This document shows, piece by piece, positions 26,123 to 35,894 of a stretch of 64,000 nt of DNA (position 1 is the first letter of the stretch; every line of letters starts with the position of its first letter). The translations under genes and the position numbers were made by a program. The notes under the pieces were generated by a model. The model made no database searches. It was given only the letters and a program-made list of their open reading frames with translations, and was not told the origin of the DNA. Origin of the DNA: Terriglobia bacterium (GTDB lineage Bacteria; Acidobacteriota; Terriglobia; 20CM-2-55-15); the NCBI GenBank assembly GCA_965198225.1, contig CBDAOY010000007.1, positions 96,001 to 160,000 on the forward strand, written 5' to 3'.

Positions 26123-28906
26123 TTACTCGATGCTTTTCAGGTAGGCCACCAGGTCGCGGAATCGCTGGTTGGTTTCCGCAGAGATGTCGGCTGGATCGAA
26201 GGTGCCGAGAAAGATAGGGTCGCCATGTCGACCGAGATCGTTGAACAGACCCTGGACGGCGAGCAGGTTGACCGCCCGGCCGTGGTGCAGGAACGGAGCG
26301 GCGTCCCAGACGCCGCGCAGCGACGGGACGTTGACGTTGCGGGTGTCGGCGGCGGAGTTCATGAGCAGCCTTCCGCTGAACGGACTTCGTGACGACAATG
26401 AGGGATCGGCCGGCGTGAAGTTGTTGGGCGTGTTCGCAAAGTTGAGGCGTCGATCCGAATCGACGCCGGCGAAGGGCAGCCGCTCGCGGGGCAATCGTTT
26501 CTGATAGCGTTCGAACGGGATCGGAACGCGGTCGAATACACTCTGTTCGAACGAACGGACGACGCCGTCGGGAACCCCGTCCCAATCCCGGTCGCGCGTG
26601 CCGCTGTCATCGAGGCTGAGAACCCTGTTCGACGTGAACGTGGGTGGGACGTGGTGCTCCAGACACCCGGCTTTCTGAAAAACATCCTCTCCGTTGACGG
26701 CACTCCCGAACACTAACGCACCGCCCTCGCTGTAGGCGATTGGAACGGCGGCGCCCAGGCTTCCATCCGGATCCCGGAAAGGGTTGGGCAGCAGTCGTGG
26801 TTCGGCTTCCAGAAACGCCGCGATTGCGGCGCTCGTCTTCTCGAAGCTGACGCCGGTGCGTTCCAGGACGAACATGCGGTTTCGATTCACATCTGCCACG
26901 GTCCGGCCCCGGTCCAGATCGTTCAGGATCCCGTCGCCGTTCGCATCGAACGGCGCTGGAGATTCGAAGAATCCGAATGGGCCCTCCGGCGCGACAGACC
27001 GGAACGTGCCCCGGAAGGTTTCCAGGTTGCGCCGGATTCCAGTTCGGTAGAACGGCGGGGTGCCTCGCAGGTTCCGGTTCGAAAGCGTCATCCGCAGCGT
27101 GCGACCCGGAGTGGCCGCAACGTGCCAGACTTTCGCATCCTTGTGGCTGCCGGGGTGGCAACTCTGGCACGACACATCCCGGTCCAGCGCGACACGAGAG
27201 CTCGTGTAGAAATCCTCGCCGACTTCGGCCAGGGTCGCGGGAAAGGGAGGCGTGCCGGCCGTTCCGATGTCCACGGCTCGATCGAAGACCACTTCACCCG
27301 TGTCTTCGACGCGAAAGATCGTGATGGACTCTCCCAGCCGGTTGGCGACGAACAACCGTTTGCCGGCAGCCGCAAAAACCGTTTCCTGTGGCATGCGTCC
27401 CCGAAAATAATCCGGATCGTCTTCGCCCATCAGGTACGGGCCGTCGTCGAACAGGGCCCGTCGGTCCAGAGCCCTCGGAAACGCGGTCTGTGACGGGTTC
27501 GCGAAAGCTCGGTCGGCGGGAGCGAGTATCGCTGTCGCGTCGGCGGCCTGCCGTTGGATTCGGAACGTTTCGACTTCGTCCGACGCGGCGTAGGCCACGA
27601 CCAGCAAGTCGTCTACGGCAGTCAACTGGTCGGGCAGTGCGCCTCCGATGATCGGCGGCAGGTTGTCCGGGTTCCGATCAAAGCCGTCGACGATCCGCAA
27701 GAGGACATTGCGGTCGGTCGGGAAGTTGAGGAAATTGTTAACGCCGAAAGCGCTCAGATACCTTGCGTCACCCGACGCCGGAACCAGCGCTCCGCGCCCG
27801 GGTCCCGCCGCGGGGCCGTAGGGTGGGTTTGGCGCCGAAGAGAAACGCATCCTGAGCGCGAACGGATCCAGAGTGGGATCGACGACGGCGATCTCGTTGT
27901 TCACGTCGTCGAAACCCTGTGCGAAACGGCCGAGTGTGGAGATGAACACCAGCCCTTCGGCGGCAATCACGTCGAGCGCCGGCGCGTTCAAGTCGAGCGA
28001 CGCCACTTGTGTGCGCGTGTCCAGATCGACGATCGAGACTCCCAGACCACTCATGTTCGCCACGTAGACGAGGTCGCCTGAAACAGCCAGGTCACGCGGG
28101 TTGACGTTCGTAAAATGGCGGACCAGGTCCCTGGGCGTGCTGGCGTTGGTGTTACCGAAGCCCGGGGCTGGGCCGATCAGTCGTTGATGGTCGCCGCCGA
28201 GACCGAACCCCGGATCGTCGTCGAGCTTGTAAGGCCGGTTGTCTGTCCAGAGCGGTATCCGAAACTGCACGGACGCTTCGAACGGGGGTTCGCTGTAGGT
28301 GTAGACATCTAATGAGTCCAGGGCACGATTCGTGACGAGCATCCAGGATCGCTCCGGGACGAAAGCGATCTTCTGATTGTAGAAGGAGCCGGCGATCCGT
28401 CCGACCTCGAGATCCTGGTTTGTGTCGATTACGCTCAGGTAGTTCGAGTATTGGTTGGCGACGATAAGGAACCGACCGTCGGGTGAGCGCGTGATTCCGA
28501 GGGGCCGGCTCCCAACGGCGATCTCTCCCGTCACCACGCCGTTCGCCGCGTCGAGCACCAGCACCGAGGAGCCCGGCTCGGCTTCGTTACCTTCGAGCGT
28601 CACATAGAGCCTGGCTTCGTCACTCGAGAGTGCCAGCCCGTAGGGATGACGTCGGAGCGGCTGAGGCGGTGCATCCTGGCCCGGTGCGCCCGGTTCCTGG
28701 TCGGGACTGTAGCCATTGGACAGGAAACTGTCGTAGAGCGCGAACGCGCCTTCATCGATGTCTCCAGTCTGCGAAAGCCGCGCGAAACGCTGCACCGGCT
28801 GGAGCGATCGGAACTCGTGCTGAGCCGCCTCGTTGATGGGGAACAAGAGCGAGGTTCCGACGATCGTCAACGCGATGAGGAGAGCTGGAACAGCCGATCG
28901 GTACAT
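26123..28906 (-). CDS. Exported YncE/YVTN-like beta-propeller fused to cytochrome c peroxidase/MauG-like domain
   Basis: Start set at ATG 28906; VGSRPLGI and LFVAN propeller repeats; SCQSCH; VPSLRGVWDAAPFLHHG; DLVAYLKSI; second heme site reads GCLEHH. Confidence 0.75.
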   Translation of the reverse strand: MYRSAVPALLIALTIVGTSLLFPINEAAQHEFRSLQPVQRFARLSQTGDIDEGAFALYDSFLSNGYSPDQEPGAPGQDAPPQPLRRHPYGLALSSDEARLYVTLEGNEAEPGSSVLVLDAANGVVTGEIAVGSRPLGITRSPDGRFLIVANQYSNYLSVIDTNQDLEVGRIAGSFYNQKIAFVPERSWMLVTNRALDSLDVYTYSEPPFEASVQFRIPLWTDNRPYKLDDDPGFGLGGDHQRLIGPAPGFGNTNASTPRDLVRHFTNVNPRDLAVSGDLVYVANMSGLGVSIVDLDTRTQVASLDLNAPALDVIAAEGLVFISTLGRFAQGFDDVNNEIAVVDPTLDPFALRMRFSSAPNPPYGPAAGPGRGALVPASGDARYLSAFGVNNFLNFPTDRNVLLRIVDGFDRNPDNLPPIIGGALPDQLTAVDDLLVVAYAASDEVETFRIQRQAADATAILAPADRAFANPSQTAFPRALDRRALFDDGPYLMGEDDPDYFRGRMPQETVFAAAGKRLFVANRLGESITIFRVEDTGEVVFDRAVDIGTAGTPPFPATLAEVGEDFYTSSRVALDRDVSCQSCHPGSHKDAKVWHVAATPGRTLRMTLSNRNLRGTPPFYRTGIRRNLETFRGTFRSVAPEGPFGFFESPAPFDANGDGILNDLDRGRTVADVNRNRMFVLERTGVSFEKTSAAIAAFLEAEPRLLPNPFRDPDGSLGAAVPIAYSEGGALVFGSAVNGEDVFQKAGCLEHHVPPTFTSNRVLSLDDSGTRDRDWDGVPDGVVRSFEQSVFDRVPIPFERYQKRLPRERLPFAGVDSDRRLNFANTPNNFTPADPSLSSRSPFSGRLLMNSAADTRNVNVPSLRGVWDAAPFLHHGRAVNLLAVQGLFNDLGRHGDPIFLGTFDPADISAETNQRFRDLVAYLKSIE

Positions 28907-28916
28907 GGGTCGGACG

Positions 28917-30137
28917 CTACGGTATTTCTTTGATTCGCCGCGCGCGAATGATGAGGTTGGAGTCCATCTCGGCCGAAATCTCGACGTACCGTCCAGCACC
29001 GACGTTGCCTTCGAACTGCGTGGATGCGTCGATCATGACGGGAGTTGTGATGCCGTCATTGATCCGGACGCCGAGTTCATCCGTCCCACGGAATGTCACG
29101 ACGCCCTGGAAGCGGATCTGGCTGCTCATCCGTTCGACCTGGATCGCACGAGCGGTGAAGCGGGTAGAGAACCCCGTGTCTTCAAGCACGCCTTCGATCC
29201 GGACGGCGGCGCCGAGCTGCAGATCGCCGGCCGCGAGGGGGTTGGATGGACCCCTGTCCGGACAGTTTGGCTGCTGCTCCACCTCCGCCTCGGTCGGGTT
29301 CAGTATGCCGCACGGGTTTCCAGCATCGTCTTCGATCCGGGACACGATCGTCGTCACAGCGGTGTCGCGCGCAAGGAAAGCTTCGTTTCTCTCGTTGAGC
29401 CCGTTTCCGGCTATTGCCGTATCCGGAGTGAGGGTGACGGAGATGCCCTGGACTACGAGGAATGTCGGGGTCCCGGTCGTGGGAATCCGGGCGTCGATCG
29501 TGCCCTGGAGGCGGAAGAATCGGAACGCGACGATCCGATCCGCCCGGAACAGGGACGACGTCGTAGCGCCGACCCCGGTTTTATCCAGTTGGGACCCGGC
29601 GACGTCGACCTGCGTTCCGACTGCAAGTTCAGCCAGGGTGCCTGTCTGCGCCACCCCGTCGCGTTCGACCACGACGCGTGTCAGGGCGTCGACGCGAAAC
29701 TCGACTCCGTTGACCAGGATGGATTGAACCCCGTCGGCATCGAGGATACTTTCGATCGGACCGGTCATACGCATGCTGCCGGTCTGTACTTTGAGTTCGA
29801 CTTCGGACGCGCGGACGCTGCCGTCGGATCGCATCCATCCTTCGACCTCGACGTGCACGCCGGGCTTGAGGGCCCGGGAGGAGGTTCGGCCTCCCAGGCT
29901 GCCGCTGACGGTCGTGTGTTCGTCGACTTCAACCGGTACGGTCGCGCCGAAGACGCCGATACCCAACGTCACCAGATCTCCATCTTCGAACACCGTTTGC
30001 ACCGATCCGCTGAATCGTATGAAGCCGTTACTGGATTGCGCGTGGAGCGGGTAGGGCCACACAACCGCGATGCAGATTGACAGAAGAAAAACAACGATCC
30101 GGGTGGATCTAGTACTACCTAAGATCCGTTCTTTCAT
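28917..30137 (-). CDS. Exported DUF5666-like repeat protein
   Basis: Signal peptide; about four repeats of G.V...VD..T...L..G..VEVEG...A..I. Confidence 0.7.
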   Translation of the reverse strand: MKERILGSTRSTRIVVFLLSICIAVVWPYPLHAQSSNGFIRFSGSVQTVFEDGDLVTLGIGVFGATVPVEVDEHTTVSGSLGGRTSSRALKPGVHVEVEGWMRSDGSVRASEVELKVQTGSMRMTGPIESILDADGVQSILVNGVEFRVDALTRVVVERDGVAQTGTLAELAVGTQVDVAGSQLDKTGVGATTSSLFRADRIVAFRFFRLQGTIDARIPTTGTPTFLVVQGISVTLTPDTAIAGNGLNERNEAFLARDTAVTTIVSRIEDDAGNPCGILNPTEAEVEQQPNCPDRGPSNPLAAGDLQLGAAVRIEGVLEDTGFSTRFTARAIQVERMSSQIRFQGVVTFRGTDELGVRINDGITTPVMIDASTQFEGNVGAGRYVEISAEMDSNLIIRARRIKEIP

Positions 30138-30220
30138 TCACTCCACCGTGACTAAACGCGATTCTACCACCGAACAAGCCGGCCCGGAGTCTCTCTAACG
30201 CCATCCGTGGGAGGTCCAGC

Positions 30221-32199
30221 TCAGTTCTCGTTCGCGGTTCCCAGAATTTTCGAATCAAAGAAGTCGCCGACGCGACCCAGGCTGTCCTCAACACTTGCGG
30301 GACGCCAGTGATACCAGCCGTGCGGTTCCTGCTCGTACAGCTTCTCGACGTATTCTTTTCCGTATTGCTCCATGATCGGGACGATTTGCCGGACCTGGTC
30401 GTAGCGGGCCGACCCGTCACCCTCAGCGTACAGAAACATGACCGGTGTTTCAAAGTTCTCGACGAAATGCACCGCTGAGCGCTGGTAGAAACCTTCGTAA
30501 TTTGACAGAGGGGTACCGCCGATCATGTGGCCCGTCCAACCGAATTCTCCAAGGCCCGCATTGTAGTCGGCGAGCGTGACGAGATCGGTTACGCCGTAGA
30601 AGTTCACCGCCGCCTTGAAATCCCTGGGTTGCTGAATCAACGTTGCCATCACGAAGAAACCGCCCGTGCTGCCACCGACCATTCCCATACGGTTGCGATC
30701 GATCAGCTTGCGGCTTCCCAGGATATCGACGGCCATCATCGCGTCGCGGATGTCCCGGTCGCCGCCGTGCGTATGGTTGGCTTCGGCGTAGGCTTTCCCC
30801 TGTCCGGTACTGCCCCTGAAATTCGGTGCGAAAACGACATACCCCTTGCTCACGTAGTACTGCACGTAGGGCTGCCAGCCCACCGGGTGCTGTCCGGTCG
30901 AGTTGGCTCGGTAGAACATCACGAACGGCGCCCGATCTCCGTCTTCGACACCCCGGGGTTTGTAGAGAAACCCCTGGACCTCCATGCCGTCAAAGCTGGC
31001 ATAGCGCATCAGCTCGGGCCAGACGAACAGGTCCTCGTCCCGGAGGGAGGATGTCGGCTCTCGGTGAGTCTCTGCGGTTCGCCTCCACCTGCGCTTATCA
31101 CCCAGAGGTCCGAGGTGTCGGAAGGGGACATATGGGTGTAGGCGATGCCGTCGCCCTGTGGGAGCCATCGGAAGGTTCCGCGCACCTGTATGCGTTCCAT
31201 CCCGCCGTTGACACCCGGCCGTTCTGTGACCCGGACAGGTGTGCCGCCACCGACGGGGACACTCTCGATGTAGTAGTTGTAGTCGACGTTGACGACGTAA
31301 GCGATCGAGCGTCCGTCCGGCGCCCAGGACGGATTGGCGTGATCGTGGGCAGTTTCGGTCAGCAGATGCGTTTCACCCGAATCGACGTCGACGAACGCCA
31401 CGTTGTCGTGGCCGGTCCGGTCCGTCACGAACGCGACTCTCCTACCGTCGGGAGACCAATGAGGATCCCTCTCCCGGAACCCCAGGGTGTCGGGCGTCAA
31501 CATCCTCTCCTCACCGTTGGCGACGCTGACGACGTAGAGATCGCCGTTCGATACGAAGCTTTCGTCCCGGACGCGGTTTGCGCTGTAGGCGATGTGGCCT
31601 CCGTCGGGTGACCATTGCAGGTCTCCGCCACCGGTCGCGCTGATGCGTCCCAGCTCGCCGGTGGACACTTCGGCCCGCAGGATTCCTCCGCCGAGCAGGC
31701 CGCTGCTGGAGAAAGCCAGGTAGCGGCTGTCGGGCGACCAGGTGGTCGAAGACTCGCTGGACCAGTCGGTGTCGGTCAGGTTCCGGGGTTCGCCGCCCGA
31801 GGCGGCGATCTCGCTTTCCGAAGCGGCGATCACGTAGACGTCGTCCCGTTCGGAGCTGTATTTGGTGTGTCGGTCGACCTGGAAAGCGATCCAGTTGCCA
31901 TCAGGAGACCATCGCGGGTTTTTGGCCCGCATCGGCGGGCGGAGGGATGTCAATCGCTCCGGTTCGCCTCCGCCGATGCCGACCTTCCACAGGTTGTAGT
32001 TTCCCCCGCGGGCGGACTTGAAGACGAGCTGACTTCCGTCAGGCGAGAGGTCGAACTCCTCGATCCAGGTAGTTTCCGCCAGCGCGGGCTCCGATAGCGG
32101 CTTCCCGCCACTGACGGTCTGGCCTTCGACGTCGGGGACCAGGGCGAGCAAAAGAGCGAACATCATGAATTCGAAGGCGCGTGCTTGACGCCCGTCCAT
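30221..32199 (-). pseudogene. S9 peptidase with PD40 propeller, split by a 1-nt frameshift at ~31050 (possibly sequencing error)
   Basis: ORFs 31009..32256 (propeller; ATG 32199 after AAGGAGG) and 30221..31168 (GGSTGG, EPHGW) join as ...TESRHPSLRDEDLFVWPE if one base is added at CAT CC-TCC CTC; matches LRDPDLFVWPE in 62135..64000. Confidence 0.85.
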
Positions 32200-32216
32200 T
32201 GGCGGCCTCCTTACAG

Positions 32217-32253
32217 AAAAAAGAAAGGGGAGGCGTCTGCCTCCCCTTTCTTT
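32217..32253 (-). terminator. Intrinsic terminator after TBDR-3
   Basis: AAAGAAAGGGGAGGC-GTCT-GCCTCCCCTTTCTTT with U-tract on the minus strand. Confidence 0.8.
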
Positions 32254-32275
32254 CACGAAATAACGCGACCCGGGA

Positions 32276-35200
32276 TCAGAAGCTGAGCTTGATCGCGAGC
32301 TGGATCTGACGGTTGTCCCGCGCCCGGCTGATCACTCCGAAGGTCGAAGAGTTCTGGATCCGGTTCGGGATTCTCCACTGTGGATGGTTCGTCGCGTTGA
32401 AGAACTCCGCCCGGAACTGGATCGCGTCGGCGTTCTCACCGACCGCGAAGTTCTTGTAGACGGCCAAGTCCAGCTGGTTGGTCGGCGGCCCACGGAGAGC
32501 TCCGCGTCCCGCGTTGCCGATCGTCCCGGTTGGCGGGGTTGCGAACGCGCTGGTGTTGAACCACTCCGAGGCGTCGCCGCCACCGGCCTTGGAATCGCCC
32601 AGCAGGTTCGGTCGGTCCTGACCGACTCCGGTACGGCTGTTGTCCCCACCCAGCCCCGGCGTGAACGGCTGGCCGGAGGAGTAGGTGTAGATCGTGTTGA
32701 GCTGCCAGCCACGGGCCAGCGCGCCGGCGGCTCCGTCCATGCCCTCACCCAATGGCAGCAACCAGGTGCCGGCGAAGGTCAACCGATGCGTCCGGTCGAA
32801 GATCGACGGTCCGCGCTCCAGGAAGAGCCGGGTGTTGTCCATCGGGCTCGCACCGCCGCCGAGTCCGCTGCTGCCCGAGTTGTCGTCGATCGACTTCGAC
32901 CACGTGTAGGCCTGGAGGAACGAGACGCCGTTGGCGAACCTCCGATCGATGCTCTCCTGGAACGAGTGGTAGTTCGAACTGGCACTGTCCTCGAGCCAAC
33001 CGATGTTGCCGAACCGCGAATCAGGCCGGCGAGCTGCCGTCGGCGCCCACCCTGAGATGTCGGTTCCCTGGCCGAGGTCCGAGCCGGCGATCGCCTGGTT
33101 GACGTTCCGGGTCCGGGTGAGCTTGTTCCCCTTGCTCCCCGCGTAGCCGATCTCCAGGACCGTGGAGTTGGTGAGCTCACGCTGGACGTTCAGGTTCCAC
33201 TGCATCATGTAGCTCGTCCGCAGCTTCGGGTTGACACCGCGGACCGTGAAGGACGAGGCGCCGACGACCAGGTCGTCCGGGAACGGGTCCTCGAGCGTCA
33301 TCTCCGGTGTGCGGGTGTCGTCGTCGGCCCCAATCGTCTGTGTGATGACGTACGGGAACCCGCGCTTGTAGCTATGGGTCTTGTTCGCCAGCACCGGGAC
33401 GTAAAACACCCCGCCACCGCCGCGAAGGACGGTCCGGCCGTCTCCCGCCACATCATAGGCGAAGCCCATCCGGGGACCGAAGTTGTTGAAGTCCATCGCG
33501 TACCCGCCCCGTGACAGGCTACCGTCCGCGACCGCGAAACCGGGGAACGTGTCCACGATCGGCTGGATATCCGGCTGGAAGCCTGAGTCCCCGAGTTTAA
33601 CGGCGAGCTGACGATCCGGCTGGTAGGACGCCTTCCGGTCGTGCTTGTCGTAACCGGCCGTCTGCGTTTCCCAGCGCATCCCGAGGTTCAGGGTCAGCCG
33701 GTCCGTGACGTCCCAGTCGTCCTGGAAGTATCCCGAGAAGTGCGTGGACCGCTCGTAGTTGACGATGTCGCCCTGGTTCCGGATCGTGATGTTGGGGAGG
33801 CCGAGCAGGGTGTCGCCCACGGAGTTGCCGGTGTAGCGGCCGTCGAAGCGAAAGTCTCCGGCCGGGAACACGATCAGGAAGAGGTTCATCGCCGTCCGGC
33901 GGTACTCGAACCCGAATTTCATCTGGTGGTTGCCCGTCGTGTACGAGAGGTTGTTGGTGAAGCTCGTGTGGTTGTCCCACCGGATGTGCGGCGCGGCCGA
34001 GCCGGCCGCGCTGTTGTAGCCGGTCAATCGGACCAGCGGCGGGCCCTTGAGGTCGTCCCGGAAGTCGGGTTCCTCGACCACCAGGACACAGCAGATACCC
34101 AGCTGTTTCTCGATTCCCTGGTCCCGCGCTTCGGCGATCAGGCCGCCCTTGATCCGGGTGAAGCCCAACCGGAACTCGTTGACCAGGTTGGGTGAGAAGA
34201 TATGCGTCTGGTTGAACGTCCCGGCCTGGGACAACGTATCCAGGAACGTGCCGTAGTTGGGAAGCGTCGCTCCCGACCGAAACGGCTCCAGGCGATCCTG
34301 ATCCCATATCGAATAGCGGACGAACAGGCTGTCGGAGTCGCCCCAGCTCGTGTCGAACCGGCCCGTCCAGTTCTCGGTGTCGGACTTCAGGTTGTAGGCC
34401 CCATTGAAGTTGGCGGCTGCTCCCGGCACGTTTTCGGCCGGGTAGAGGTCGACCATGTTCTGGCCGATCTGACTGAACCGGCTGGCGGGAATGATATTAC
34501 CCGGGAACGGGTTGCCGGTCGTCGGATCCATGAGCGGCGTCGGCAGCATCGCCGAGAAGTCGCCGCTGCGGAACGCAGTCTCGGGCACCTTCCCCGTCCC
34601 GCTCTGCGCCTGGCGAATCGACGTGGCGTCGAAGGAGAAGAAGAAGAAGGCGGTGTCCCTGATGATCGGTCCGCCGATCGTGCCGCCGTACTGGTTCCGG
34701 CGGAACGGCCGCTTCGGGGTGCCCTTCGGGTTGAAGTAGTTCCGGGCGTCGAAGATGTCGTTCCGGACGAACTCAAACGCCGATCCGTGGTACGCGTTCG
34801 TGCCCGACTTGGTCGAGACGTTGATCAGGCCGCCGGCGGCCCGCCCGAATTCGGCGCTGAAGCTGCTGGTCTGCACCTTGAACTCCTGGACCGAGTCGAT
34901 CCCCGGGACGATGATCAACTGGGCGTTGGCAATGTCGTTGTTGTCGACACCGTCGAGCAGGAAGTTGTTGAACTCCTCCCGAGCGCCATTGGCGTGCATC
35001 GAGCCCTGCTGCCCTTCGAGGTTGCTGCCCTCGACGACGGGCTGGACGCCCGGCGTCAGGACCGCGAGCTGCAGGAAGTCCCTACCGTTGAGCGGGAGCT
35101 CGGTCACGCGCTGCGTGTCGATCACCTGGCCCAGCGCGGAGGTGTCGGTTTCGATCAGCGGCGCGTCCGCGGTGACCTCGATCGTTTCGGTGACCTGGCC

Positions 35201-35527
35201 GACCTGGAGCTCGAAGTCGATGCGGGCGTTACGGTCGACTTGCACCTGGACCCCGCTCCGGATCTCGGTCCGGAACCCGGGGAAGGCCGTCTGCACCGTG
35301 TAGGTGCCGGACGGCAGGAGCGGGAAGTTGTACCGACCCGTCTCGTTGGTCAGGCCTGTCCGGACCTGGCCGGTGGCATCACTCGTAACGGTGATCTCGA
35401 CGCCCGGAAGCACGGCTTCCGATGCGTCGCTGATTCGTCCTTCAATCGATCCGGTGATGCGCTGCCCATACAGCGTGATCGGTAGCAACACCAGCAGGGC
35501 AAAGATCCCTGCGTTTCGAATCTTCAT
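32276..35527 (-). CDS. TonB-dependent transporter (TBDR-3, Oar-like)
   Basis: GGAGGA RBS, ATG 35527, signal peptide, LPLNGRDFLQL, LLDGVDNND, C-terminal RQIQLAIKLSF. Confidence 0.92.
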   Translation of the reverse strand: MKIRNAGIFALLVLLPITLYGQRITGSIEGRISDASEAVLPGVEITVTSDATGQVRTGLTNETGRYNFPLLPSGTYTVQTAFPGFRTEIRSGVQVQVDRNARIDFELQVGQVTETIEVTADAPLIETDTSALGQVIDTQRVTELPLNGRDFLQLAVLTPGVQPVVEGSNLEGQQGSMHANGAREEFNNFLLDGVDNNDIANAQLIIVPGIDSVQEFKVQTSSFSAEFGRAAGGLINVSTKSGTNAYHGSAFEFVRNDIFDARNYFNPKGTPKRPFRRNQYGGTIGGPIIRDTAFFFFSFDATSIRQAQSGTGKVPETAFRSGDFSAMLPTPLMDPTTGNPFPGNIIPASRFSQIGQNMVDLYPAENVPGAAANFNGAYNLKSDTENWTGRFDTSWGDSDSLFVRYSIWDQDRLEPFRSGATLPNYGTFLDTLSQAGTFNQTHIFSPNLVNEFRLGFTRIKGGLIAEARDQGIEKQLGICCVLVVEEPDFRDDLKGPPLVRLTGYNSAAGSAAPHIRWDNHTSFTNNLSYTTGNHQMKFGFEYRRTAMNLFLIVFPAGDFRFDGRYTGNSVGDTLLGLPNITIRNQGDIVNYERSTHFSGYFQDDWDVTDRLTLNLGMRWETQTAGYDKHDRKASYQPDRQLAVKLGDSGFQPDIQPIVDTFPGFAVADGSLSRGGYAMDFNNFGPRMGFAYDVAGDGRTVLRGGGGVFYVPVLANKTHSYKRGFPYVITQTIGADDDTRTPEMTLEDPFPDDLVVGASSFTVRGVNPKLRTSYMMQWNLNVQRELTNSTVLEIGYAGSKGNKLTRTRNVNQAIAGSDLGQGTDISGWAPTAARRPDSRFGNIGWLEDSASSNYHSFQESIDRRFANGVSFLQAYTWSKSIDDNSGSSGLGGGASPMDNTRLFLERGPSIFDRTHRLTFAGTWLLPLGEGMDGAAGALARGWQLNTIYTYSSGQPFTPGLGGDNSRTGVGQDRPNLLGDSKAGGGDASEWFNTSAFATPPTGTIGNAGRGALRGPPTNQLDLAVYKNFAVGENADAIQFRAEFFNATNHPQWRIPNRIQNSSTFGVISRARDNRQIQLAIKLSF

Positions 35528-35715
35528 CTTGTTTCCTCCTTCATCTTCACTCTTAGCTTCGTGCAGGGACCATGACGGCGGCAACGCGGTCCGGAGACAT
35601 ACTGTCTCCCGTTGGACGCGCTGCGTAGCGTCACATTCCCACGGCCGAAACGGTCCGACGACCGAAACGGTACCTCGTTCTAAGAAAGCCTGGCGAACCA
35701 GGCGAATCTCGGGCG

Positions 35716-35752
35716 ACCATACACCGATCGCTGTTGGGTAGTCAACCTTGAC
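35716..35752 (-). promoter_or_regulatory. Candidate sigma70 promoter for TBDR-3 with overlapping dyad
   Basis: Minus strand TTGACT-18nt-TATGGT; dyad GTCAA-CC-TTGAC at 35741-35752. Confidence 0.3.
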
Positions 35753-35894
35753 AGATCAAGATGGGTCGAGTTGGATCAAACTCACGGGCCGAGATAGATC
35801 GAACGACGGTATCAGCAATAGATCGGAGGTGATAGACGGCAGTGTCGGGGCGGCGATGTGGGTTTCCGGAGGCCAGCACTTATTCTCCCTCTTT

